32,000 nucleotides of DNA from an uncultured Chloroflexia bacterium (GCA_963718915.1 CAVRAI010000001.1:240001-272000); one strand, 5' to 3'. Positions 9,475 through 19,553 are shown, counted from the first letter of the stretch. Made by a program: numbers and translations. Notes: generated by a model from the sequence alone, not told the origin.

Positions 9475-10423
9475 TCACAGCGCAATCTGGCAGCGTAGCA
9501 CGCCCGGCGAGCATTGCGCCGTCAGCACATCACCATCGAGTCGCCATGGTGCGTCGAGGGTCGCGTCGGCGTAGTAGCCGAGCGCGGCGCGTATGGTGAA
9601 GGTGGCATCCCCAGCCACGAAGCGGATTGGCTCGTTGCGCCCGCCGACGCCCGTGATGAAGCGATAGGCCCGCCGCGCCGACCACGCGGGCGTGATGGTG
9701 TAGTCGTCCTCGGTGGGCCACGACTGGTAGCTGGCGTGTGACGCATCCTGCGGCTGTGGCTGGATCGTTCCCGCAGCGAGCGCGGCCAGCGCCTCGGCCA
9801 GCAGTACGCCGCCGCGCCTGGCGCAGACAAGATCCAGCATCGCGGCGGTAATGCCATCGGATAGAGGTATCGTTTCACGAAGAACAATCGGGCCAGTATC
9901 GAATCCCTCATCCATCAGGTGAATGGTGACACCGCCGGTCTCGTCGCCATCGTGGAAGACCCAGAAGAGCGGGTCGGGTCCGCGATGCGCCGGGAGCAGC
10001 GACGGGTGAACGTTGAGACAGCCGAGCCGGGGCAGGCGCAGGAGCGATGCGGGCAATTTGCGCGAGAAGCAGGCGACGGTGATGGCGTCGAAGTCGAGTG
10101 CGGTCAAGGCGTCGGGCATGTCGGGGCCGCCCAGTTCCAGCACCGGGATCTCGCGCTCGGCGGCGACATCGAGGATGGTGCGCGGCGTGGTGTGGGCGAG
10201 GAGTGGCAGCGCGACGCCACGCGCCGCTCTCCGTTCGGGCGAGCAGCAGTGGCGGCTGGCCCGCACGCTCGCGCAGCGCGGGGAGCGCGACGGCCACCAC
10301 CTCGACGCCCGCCCGCAGCAACTCCTCCAGCACAAGTAGTGAGAAGACGCCGGTCATGCCGCAGAAGACGACGCGCACCGCCGCCGACGGAGCAGGGTCA
10401 CGCGCGTCATCCTGGGTATTCAT
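9475..10423 (-). pseudogene. formyltransferase (Fmt-like) gene split by a frameshift
   Basis: The N-terminal Rossmann part (VVFCGMTGVFSLLVLEELLRAGVEVVAV) is in ORF 9908-10423. The remainder (NVHPSLLPAHRGPDPLFW motif and C-terminal domain) is in ORF 9475-10335, in another frame. The frames switch at about 10200-10240. Confidence 0.75.
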
Positions 10424-10444
10424 GGCGAATATCCGACTTGTTGT

Positions 10445-12040
<1,596 letters not shown>

Positions 12041-12303
12041 TCACTGGGCCTGTATGTGTCCTGCATATGTTGGGCGCCTACCGCTCTCCTCAATCTCGTG
12101 TGTATTTGAGTAATCTTATCACGTACGATGATTTCGCGTCAACGCGCCCTTGATGCTTCTGGTTATCCTCAATATCCTCAACTAAACTTCAACGAGCATC
12201 CGGCCACTCGCCTTGTTATGTCAGATGCTGTATGATGGTCAGCGCGTACTAGCGCGTCATCTTATCCTGGCGATATGCCAAACCGACATCTATCAAGAGT
12301 AAA

Positions 12304-13479
12304 GTGAGCGCCATCATGGATTCTCCTGCCTCCAGTCTCGTCCCCGAAAAGACCGTCAACGCCTTTCTCGAAGACCTGCGTGCCCTGGTCAACATCAACT
12401 CAGGCACCTATACCCCCGATGGCGTCGCGCAGGTCGCGGCGTACATGCGGGCGCTCTTCGAGGCGACCGGCTGCGCGGTGGAGTTGATTTCTGGCGAGAG
12501 GATGGGGCCGCAACTTATCGCCCGCCGTACTGGGACAGGCCAGGGACATGTCCTCATCATCGGCCACATGGATACCGTCTTCCCCGATGGCGAGGCGGAT
12601 CGCCGCCCATTCGATATCCACGATGGCTGCGCCTATGGGCCGGGAGTCTTCGATATGAAGAGCGGCCTGCTGGTGGCGGCGTACGCCATTTGCGGGCTGG
12701 TCGAGCGGGACGAGGCGCCGTGGGAGACGCTAACGATGATCTGCAACAGCGACGAGGAGATTGGCTCGCCCGAAAGCCATGCGCTGATCGAGGCCGAGGC
12801 GCGAAAGGCCGATCTCGCGCTGGTGCTGGAGCCGACCTCAGACGTGGCCCGCGTGACCATCGCCCGCAAGGGCGCGGCTACCTATACGCTCGAAATTCAC
12901 GGCGTCGCTGCGCATGCGGGCGTCGAGCCGCAGCGCGGGCGGAGCGCGATTCTGGAGATGGCGCATCGCATCGTGGCGCTCCATGGGCTCAACGGCACCA
13001 TTCCCGGCGTGACGGTCAACGTTGGCGTGGTGCAGGGGGGCGAGCGGCCCAACGTCGTCGCCGAGGCTGCCTATGCCGAGATCGATGTGCGCGCCGCCGA
13101 TGAGGAGGGCGTAGAGGCCATCGAGGCGGCGCTGGCGAAGGTAGTGGCCGATACGAATGTGCCCGATACCACTGCCATGCTGGAGGGTTTCTTCGCGCAC
13201 CGCCCATTCACGCAGAGTCCATCGAGCGCGCGGCTCTTCGCGTTGGCCGCCGAGGCCGCCGCCGAACTGGGCATCACGCTGCGGGGCGAGCCGACGGGCG
13301 GCGCGTCGGATGGCAACACCACTGCCGGGCTGGGCATCCCGACGCTAGACGGGCTGGGGCTGGTCGGCGGCCTGGCGCACAATCCCGGCGAATACGTCGA
13401 GATCGACTCAATTGCGCCGCGTATCGCCCTGCTGATGGGCATCCTCAGGCGGCTCAACGGCGCGGATTTCTCGGCGTAG
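12304..13479 (+). CDS. M20 family metallopeptidase (carboxypeptidase G2-like)
   Basis: Motifs IIGHMDTVFP, GPGVFDMKSG and NSDEEIGSPES, plus a dimerisation-domain region. Start uncertain (GTG 12304 or ATG 12316). Confidence 0.85.
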   Translation: MSAIMDSPASSLVPEKTVNAFLEDLRALVNINSGTYTPDGVAQVAAYMRALFEATGCAVELISGERMGPQLIARRTGTGQGHVLIIGHMDTVFPDGEADRRPFDIHDGCAYGPGVFDMKSGLLVAAYAICGLVERDEAPWETLTMICNSDEEIGSPESHALIEAEARKADLALVLEPTSDVARVTIARKGAATYTLEIHGVAAHAGVEPQRGRSAILEMAHRIVALHGLNGTIPGVTVNVGVVQGGERPNVVAEAAYAEIDVRAADEEGVEAIEAALAKVVADTNVPDTTAMLEGFFAHRPFTQSPSSARLFALAAEAAAELGITLRGEPTGGASDGNTTAGLGIPTLDGLGLVGGLAHNPGEYVEIDSIAPRIALLMGILRRLNGADFSA

Positions 13480-13551
13480 AACGGCGGTTGGCTGCCATTG
13501 CGCCAGGGTGAGCGAGCCACAGAATGATGAACGTTACGAATTAAACCCGAA

Positions 13552-13711
13552 CAGTGTGGTAGGGTGAGCAGGCCGGAAGCCCAAAGGCCCCGGCGAATTT
13601 CCCGCCCACTAGCGTCGCTCTGTCCATTCGCTGAAGCGTTCACGCTACGGCTTGCCGCGCCCACCACGATGCGTGGGGGTAGGAATAAAACGTGAAACTG
13701 CATCAGCCCTG
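13552..13711 (+). repeat. dispersed intergenic hairpin repeat, copy A
   Basis: Shares conserved cores with 24578-24727: CAGTGyGGTrGGGTGAGCAGG, GCGAATTTCCC, ATTCGCTG, GGAATAAAA-like and CAT.A.CCCTG. The cores are separated by hairpin modules. Confidence 0.8.
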
Positions 13712-13840
13712 CGGCTAATCCCATCTGTTCGGCACCCTCGCTGATGGCGATCTGTATGCTATCTTGAACGCCATCGCGCCAGATGCTACACTGACAAGGC
13801 AGCCGGACGGTATGTCTGTAAAGCAAGTGAGAGTGCGCCG

Positions 13841-15283
13841 ATGAGCCAGAGCAGCCTAGCAGTTCCCAGCGCCAGCAGCCCTTATAAAATCTTCCTCTCC
13901 TATCGCCGCTCGGATAGCCAGGCGACAGTGGATCACATCTTCGAGTGGCTGGTGCGCGCCTTTGGCCGCGAGGTGATCTTTAAGGATGTGGACACGATCC
14001 CGCGCGGCTACGAGTTCGCCCCCTATATCACCCATGTCCTCAGCCAGTGTCGCGTGGCGCTGCTGGCGCTTGGCCCCTCCTGGCCCACCGTCCTCGCGAC
14101 CGAAGGCGCCTACTCCGGGCGGCCCCGGCTGGACGACCCGGAGGATCATGTGCGGATTGAGACGGAGCAGGCGCTGGCCCTGGCTCCGGTGAATGCGACG
14201 GGCGCGCCTGCCAGCGCGTTACTGCTGATCCCCGTGCTGGTGCAGGGCGCGCAGATGCCACATCCAGGGGACCTGCCCGCGAGCCTGCAGCCGTTGTGCA
14301 GGCGCAATGCCACGCCCGTGCGCTATGACCCGGATTTCACCCGCGATATGCAGCGACTTATCAGCGATTGCGCCCACTGGATGGGCGTCCCCGTCCCCGA
14401 CCTGCTTGGCGCCAACCATACTCCAGCGTCGCTGCGTCCACCAGACGAGGTGGATGCGTTTCTGGCGGTCGCGACGCCTCAAATTCGCGACGCCTTCAGC
14501 GCGCAGAACTGGGCGCAGGTCATCCGGCAGGCGAAGGCGCTTCCTTTGCAGGTTCCTGCCGAGCGTGTACCTACTGAGGTGTATCAGATGTGGGGGCGGG
14601 CGCTCATGGCGATGCGTGACTATGGGGGCGCGAAGACCGCCTGGGACACCGTACGGCAGCGGGAGCCGCGCGATGTGGCGGCGTTGCGGGCGGCGGCGGA
14701 GGCACGAGTGGAGTTGAACGAGCAGGCCGAGGCGCTCACGCTGCTGGATGGCGCGTTGCTGCTCACACAGGGGGACGCTCAGCAGCAGGTGGCGTTGCTG
14801 GCGATATATGCCCACATCCTGCGCGAACTGGCCCAGAGCGAGCGTGGGGCCGCCGCCCAGGCGCACTGGGCGAACCTGCTGCGGGTGGTCAATGAAAGGC
14901 AATCGTTGGCGGGGACGCAGGACACTACCTGGCTGATAATGAAACTGGAAGCGCTTCGGGGATCGGGGCGTGATGTAGAGGCGCTGGAGGTGTTGGAGGA
15001 GGCGCGTGCGCTGACCGCCCGCGCGTCAGCCACCGCCGCGCAGTGGCTGACGCGCGCCCGGCTGGCCTGGACGCTGGCGGGCGAGGCTCCTAATGTTGAG
15101 GTGCGTGTCGCAATCGGCAACGCATCGCGTCTGGCTCCGGCTGATGGGGCGATTGCCTTGGAGCGTCAGCTCCTGCTGAAAGAAACCCTAACACCGCCAA
15201 TATCAGTTCGCTCGGATGGCTCAGCTGAAATTGCTATGCGCGATATGGCCATTGTCGGATTTGGGACTCTAGTACTTAAGTAA
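13841..15283 (+). CDS. TIR domain - TPR repeat protein, 3' end truncated and replaced by an IS insertion
   Basis: N-terminal YKIFLSYRRSDS...VRIETEQAL...LIPVLVQGAQMP resembles a bacterial TIR_2 domain. The C-terminal half is helical and TPR-like. The last 3 codons and the TAA stop (15272-15283) lie inside IS sequence. Confidence 0.85.
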   Translation: MSQSSLAVPSASSPYKIFLSYRRSDSQATVDHIFEWLVRAFGREVIFKDVDTIPRGYEFAPYITHVLSQCRVALLALGPSWPTVLATEGAYSGRPRLDDPEDHVRIETEQALALAPVNATGAPASALLLIPVLVQGAQMPHPGDLPASLQPLCRRNATPVRYDPDFTRDMQRLISDCAHWMGVPVPDLLGANHTPASLRPPDEVDAFLAVATPQIRDAFSAQNWAQVIRQAKALPLQVPAERVPTEVYQMWGRALMAMRDYGGAKTAWDTVRQREPRDVAALRAAAEARVELNEQAEALTLLDGALLLTQGDAQQQVALLAIYAHILRELAQSERGAAAQAHWANLLRVVNERQSLAGTQDTTWLIMKLEALRGSGRDVEALEVLEEARALTARASATAAQWLTRARLAWTLAGEAPNVEVRVAIGNASRLAPADGAIALERQLLLKETLTPPISVRSDGSAEIAMRDMAIVGFGTLVLK

Positions 15284-16220
15284 CTATCTCAAAAGGGACA
15301 AGCGATGGAGGCGGCGAAACCACAGCAGCGCGCAGGCCAGTTGGAGCAGCCCCCGAAAATTGGCGGCGTACTTGTCGTAGCGGATGAGCAGCGCGCGGCA
15401 CTTCGAGAGCCAGGCCAGCGTGCGCTCCACGACCCAGCGACGTGCCGGGAACCGCTTCTCACCCGTGGCCAGATCGAGCTTCTCCTTGCCGATGCGGCGC
15501 AGGTGCGGGATGTAGTGGTGGCTTGCCACCGCCGCGGCGCCGGTCGGATTGTCATAGCCCAGATCCAAACACAGATGCTGTGGCCGCTCCCGGGTCGGAT
15601 GAGGCCGCGCCACCACAACTGCCTCCAGCGTCGCCGCGAGCAGCTTGGTATCATGGACATTGGCACCAGCGATCACGACCGCCAGTGGGCCGCCAGCCGC
15701 CTCGACCAGCAGGCTGCGCTTCACTCCGCGTTTGCCGCGATCGGTGGGATTGCGGCCAATGAGGTCCCCCCCAGCCGGGCCTTGCCCAGCATGGCATCTG
15801 CCGCTTGCCACTCCCAGTCCACCCCACCCAACTCGGCACAGTGGTCCACCAGCGTGGCCCAGATGCACTCGAAAAAGCCCAGACGCACCCAGCGCTGGAA
15901 GGTGCGATGGACTGAGCTATCATCAGGGAACCGCTCCGGCAACTGGTTCCACTGGCAGCCGCTGCGCAGCCGAAAGATGAGTGCATCCAGCGTCCGCCGC
16001 GCATCCACGCGTGGCCGGCCCGTCGCCTGCGGCGGATCAAGCCTCGCCAGGATTGGGGCAATCACATCCCATAACTCATCGGAGACGGTCCAGATCGTCG
16101 CCATGGCGTTCCAATCGGGCCGGACCTTGCGTGGTCGCCCCATCCCTCACCTCCTGCCTGATCATCACTCCCTTCCACAGCACAGTCTACCGCACCTGAC
16201 AGCGTTCTGAGATAGTTACT
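15279..16220 (-). mobile_element. IS5-family (IS427/IS1031-like) insertion sequence nested in the IS630 left IR
   Basis: 942 bp. The IRs are AGTAACTATCTCA(A/G)AA at both ends. Flanking TA at 15277-15278 and 16221-16222. Carries an orfA/orfB transposase. Confidence 0.85.
15284..16143 (-). CDS. IS5-family transposase, orfA (15721-16143) and orfB (15284-15868) joined by a -1 frameshift
   Basis: orfA has ..GRPRVDARRTLDALIFRLRSGCQWNQLP... orfB has GRNPTDRGKRGVKRSLLVEAAGGPLAV..ANVHD. The frames overlap at a G7 run (C7 on the plus strand, 15766-15772). A -1 shift gives the canonical ..GKARLGGDLIGRNPTDRGK. Confidence 0.85.
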
Positions 16221-16277
16221 TAGTCCACATTGATTTGGGAGAAGGTGGTAGAATGCAGCACCAGAAAGGAGCCTCGT

Positions 16278-17416
16278 ATGCCCACCTCTACCCACCCCCT
16301 GACGTTGTCCGCCGCTGAACGCGCCCAGGCCCAGACCGTCATCCAGCGCGGACATACCGCTGCGCGAATCCAGCGGCGCGCCCATGTGCTCTTGAAATTG
16401 GCCGACGGCTGGAGCGCCGCCGCGATTAGCCAGGCGCTCGATGTCAGCCAGAATACGGTCTGGCGCGTGCGCCAACGCTTTGCCGCAGAGGGTGTCGCGG
16501 CGGTGCTCGCCGACCGGCGGCAGACGCGGCTCCGGGCCGCCTTGACCGGCGAGCAGCAAGCCCACCTCATTGCCGTCGCGTGCAGCGATGCGCCCGCTGG
16601 CCACGACCACTGGACGCTGCGCCTCTTGGCGGGCAAAGCGATCGAACTCGGCTTTGTGGAACGCATCTCGCCCGAAACCATCCGCGCCTTGCTCAAAAAA
16701 ACGCGCTGAAGCCCTGGCAGCACAAAGCCTGGTGTATTCCCACCGTGAGCGCCGCCTTTGTCGCGGCGATGGAGGATGTGCTCGCGCTTTACGCCCACGT
16801 CTATGCCGCTCCGCCCGATCCCCTGCGCCCCCTCGTCTGCCTCGATGAGAAGCCCGTCGTCTTGCACGGGCAGCCGCGGATGGGACTGCCGCCCGCTCCC
16901 GGCCGCGTGGAGCGCCGGGACTACGAATATATTCGGCAGGGAACGGCCAACCTCTTTGTGCTGGTCGCTCCGCATGCGGGCTGGCGTCACGTACGCGTCA
17001 CCGCGCGGCGTACCGCGCTGGACTATGCCCGCTGCTTGCGGTGGCTGGTCGAGGAAGCCTTCCCTCTGGCCGAGCGGATCGCGCTCGTGCAGGATAACCT
17101 CAACACCCATACCCTGGCCGCGCTCTATGCGGCGTTCCCGCCTGCGCAGGCGCGCGCTATCGCCAGCCGCTTGGAGGTGCACTATACGCCAAAACATGGC
17201 AGTTGGCTCAATATGGCCGAGATCGAGATCAGCGTCATCGAGCGCGGCTGCCTCGCGCGTCCAGTCCCCGATAACGACACGCTGGTTCAGCGCGTCACCG
17301 CCCTGGAGGCCGAGCGCAACGCAACTCACGCCCGCATCCGCTGGCAATTCACCCCCGATGATGCTCGTACCAAGCTGCATGCGCTCTATCCTAACCCTCA
17401 AATCAAACTGGACTGA
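16278..17416 (+). CDS. IS630-family transposase, orfA (16278-16709) and orfB (to 17416) joined by a -1 frameshift
   Basis: HTH N-terminus and a DDE region (DEKPV...VQDNLNTHT...YTPKHGSWLNMAEIE). The slippery A7 run at 16695-16701 gives ..ALLKKNALKPWQHKAWCIP. RBS GAAAGGAG precedes ATG 16278. Confidence 0.88.
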
Positions 17417-17526
17417 GTACTAGGAAGCACATTCGGTCTCGGGGTATGCCGAGACGTTGCCCGATTGTTTGGCGATTTATTTTGGCTGGCGGGATTATAC
17501 ACGTCGAACACCAAAATTTCCTCCGG

Positions 17527-18486
17527 ATGAAAACGCAACTACTTATGTCGAGATGTTCAGCAAATTTATTGAGTGTTGCCCCCAACGAAGAGCCCATGAT
17601 CGCAGCTACTCATCTTGTATCGCTCCTCGAAAGTTTCTATATCTCTACGCGGCGAAACACTGTAAAACCGCTGTTATGGGTAGTTGAGGGTCGAGATCTT
17701 ACTATTTGCCTTCCGGCGCTCAAGACATTGGGGAGGAAGCGCGACTTTGATGACATCCGTTTGGTCATCGTCTGGATTGTGCCTGATTCTATTGATCAGG
17801 CTTTGAAGGATAGCGCAGCTGAACTGCTAGCATGGTCGCAGCAGGTTGACACCATCCTGGCGACTACGCTGGTAATTCAGCATAACAGTCGGCTTGCCGA
17901 AACAATGAGGCGCAGCCAGTTCAACATCCTCTATAGGAGCATCGCCGCGCTCCTGGGCGGTGGCATGGTCAATCCTGAAGCCAACTTCGCCACTTTGACG
18001 ATTCAACTCCACAATGCCGGATACCCGTTCGTCGCTCTTGCGGCTGGCGCAATTGGTGTGAATGCATCTCACAGTAATTTCACTAACGGCTTGATCGTTG
18101 GCAATAGAGGAGATATCAACCCGATTGATGCCTCATTTAAGGTCAATCAATTGGCTTCTATGGCGCTCCGGAAAGAAAGTGAGTTGTCAACCGTCACCGA
18201 ATCGCTATCAGCGGTTCCTTTCGTCAACCTGGTCGTACCCACGCGCCTTCAGATGACAAGGGAGTTTCAGAGCGAGGTTTCCCACCGGCTCCGATTTGAA
18301 TATGGTGTGCCATCAGAGAATGTCATCGTCACGCCCTTGACCGATCCGAGAGATCGCGGAATCGATATCAGCAGGCAAAATAGATGGTTCAAGGGAGACT
18401 TCTATATCCACTTTACGGCTCTACGTGGTATTGGTACCGGGCATGGGGAGATACCCAAAGATTTGCAAGGTGAGGTATCCCTATAA
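17527..18486 (+). CDS. hypothetical protein in a low-GC island (possible degenerate FtsZ/tubulin-like fold)
   Basis: Long ORF (track 17446-18486) in a region of visibly lower GC. Start uncertain: ATG at 17446, 17527, 17545 or 17596. 17527 is preferred because of the ATGA overlap with the reconstructed upstream stop. No family confidently recognised. Confidence 0.6.
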   Translation: MKTQLLMSRCSANLLSVAPNEEPMIAATHLVSLLESFYISTRRNTVKPLLWVVEGRDLTICLPALKTLGRKRDFDDIRLVIVWIVPDSIDQALKDSAAELLAWSQQVDTILATTLVIQHNSRLAETMRRSQFNILYRSIAALLGGGMVNPEANFATLTIQLHNAGYPFVALAAGAIGVNASHSNFTNGLIVGNRGDINPIDASFKVNQLASMALRKESELSTVTESLSAVPFVNLVVPTRLQMTREFQSEVSHRLRFEYGVPSENVIVTPLTDPRDRGIDISRQNRWFKGDFYIHFTALRGIGTGHGEIPKDLQGEVSL

Positions 18487-18936
18487 GGACAGGACGAGGC
18501 CGCTGAGCCAGACGGTGCATTGCTCGATGGTCAGGCAGCCGCAGCTCATCCCCTCACGCAGGAGGCTCTGCATCGCGTGGATACGCGCCAGTTGCGCCTC
18601 CAACTCGTTGAGCTTGCGCTGAACCAGCGCCTCCCACCGCACCGACGGCGGCGTGCCAGCCTCGAAGCCGAAGAACAACTCGCGAATCTCGCCAAGGGTA
18701 AATCCCGCCTGCCGCGCGTGCGCGATCACCCGAAGCCGCTGAACCGTGCTGGTGTCATAGCGCCGCCGTCCGTTGAGTCGCGCGGGCATAGGCAAGAGGC
18801 CAATATCCTCGTAGTAGCGGATCACTGAGGTGGCGATTCCTGCTCGACGCGCGACCACGCCTATCGCCAGGCCAACCTCACTGCTCGAATGTGCCGCGTC
18901 GATTGGGTCGCATCCATCGTCGTCGTTCGCCGCCAT
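18481..18936 (-). CDS. MerR-family transcriptional regulator, SoxR-like
   Basis: HTH region LAIGVVARRAGIATSVIRYYEDIGLLP..NGRRRYD. C-terminal SCGCLTIEQC resembles the SoxR CxxCxCx5C cluster motif but lacks the first Cys. RBS GGAGAAA. Confidence 0.85.
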   Translation of the reverse strand: MAANDDDGCDPIDAAHSSSEVGLAIGVVARRAGIATSVIRYYEDIGLLPMPARLNGRRRYDTSTVQRLRVIAHARQAGFTLGEIRELFFGFEAGTPPSVRWEALVQRKLNELEAQLARIHAMQSLLREGMSCGCLTIEQCTVWLSGLVLSL

Positions 18937-18988
18937 CGCCTGTTTTCTCCACGATCCATCAAATTTCGCAATTTGGGCTGCTCATCCC

Positions 18989-19020
18989 TTGACTTCAAGC
19001 GCACTTGAAGAGTGTACGCT
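18989..19020 (+). promoter_or_regulatory. MerR-type promoter with overlong spacer and a SoxR-box-like dyad
   Basis: TTGACT (18989-18994), 20-nt spacer, TACGCT (19015-19020). The perfect inverted repeat CTTCAAG-cgca-CTTGAAG (18993-19010) is centred in the spacer. Confidence 0.6.
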
Positions 19021-19093
19021 GCTGAGCGAGGGAAAAACTACCCTCAGGCGATTGTGCGCTGTTCCAGATGTCAGGGACAGAAAGGAGTGTTCG

Positions 19094-19459
19094 ATGATGT
19101 CCGATGGTTCTGTGGATATCCCGGTAGCATGCAGTCTTACTGACGCTGAACTGGAGGTTCGGGGCGACGAAAATGCTGACCTATTCGCGCATGCTCGTGC
19201 GGTCGAGGAGTTACCAGACGGCTATCGCTTCGCCTTCCCGGCGGACGATGATGGCGTCCCGGCGCTGCTACAGTTCATCCTTGCCGAGCGCGCCTGCTGC
19301 CCGTTCTTCACGTTCGAGTTGCTGTTCCCTGCACCACACCAGGTCGTCTGGGTGACGATTCGGGGCAATGAAGAAGCCAAGGGGATTGTGCGCGATGGGC
19401 TGGTGCCGAAAGTTCGCGCACAGTCTGTAACATCGTCAGGAAATGGCTCAGCAGCGTGA
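19094..19459 (+). CDS. small Cys-containing protein (ACSL ... ERACCPFFTF motif), divergent from the merR-like gene
   Basis: ATG 19094 is preceded by AAAGGAG. 121 aa. A conserved-looking CCPFF motif suggests a metal or redox ligand site. Family name not recalled. Confidence 0.65.
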   Translation: MMSDGSVDIPVACSLTDAELEVRGDENADLFAHARAVEELPDGYRFAFPADDDGVPALLQFILAERACCPFFTFELLFPAPHQVVWVTIRGNEEAKGIVRDGLVPKVRAQSVTSSGNGSAA

Positions 19460-19553
19460 GCATCGAGTAAGGCTTACATACAGTCAGGCGGAGGGAAGCC
19501 CGCCATGGGCCACCATCCGCCTGAAGTGTGTCTCTCGGTTGTTTGCGCTGGGT

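Larger units (their letters stand above)
15272..17420 (+). mobile_element. IS630-family insertion sequence, interrupted by a nested IS
   Basis: The IRs are GTACTTA|GTCCACATTGATTTGGGAG (left, interrupted) and the reverse complement of the right end, GTACTCAGTCCAGTTTGATTTGAGGG. Flanking TA at 15270-15271 and 17421-17422 is the typical IS630 TA target duplication. Confidence 0.85.

Noticed and set aside
13071-13826. 251-aa minus-strand ORF spanning the M20 3' end and the following spacer
   Set aside because: It overlaps the M20 peptidase antisense and runs through the intergenic hairpin repeat. No RBS or homology. The spacer is better explained by repeat copy A.
16220-17401. 393-aa ORF on the minus strand
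   Set aside because: Antisense to the IS630 transposase frames. No motifs. It is a high-GC antisense artefact.
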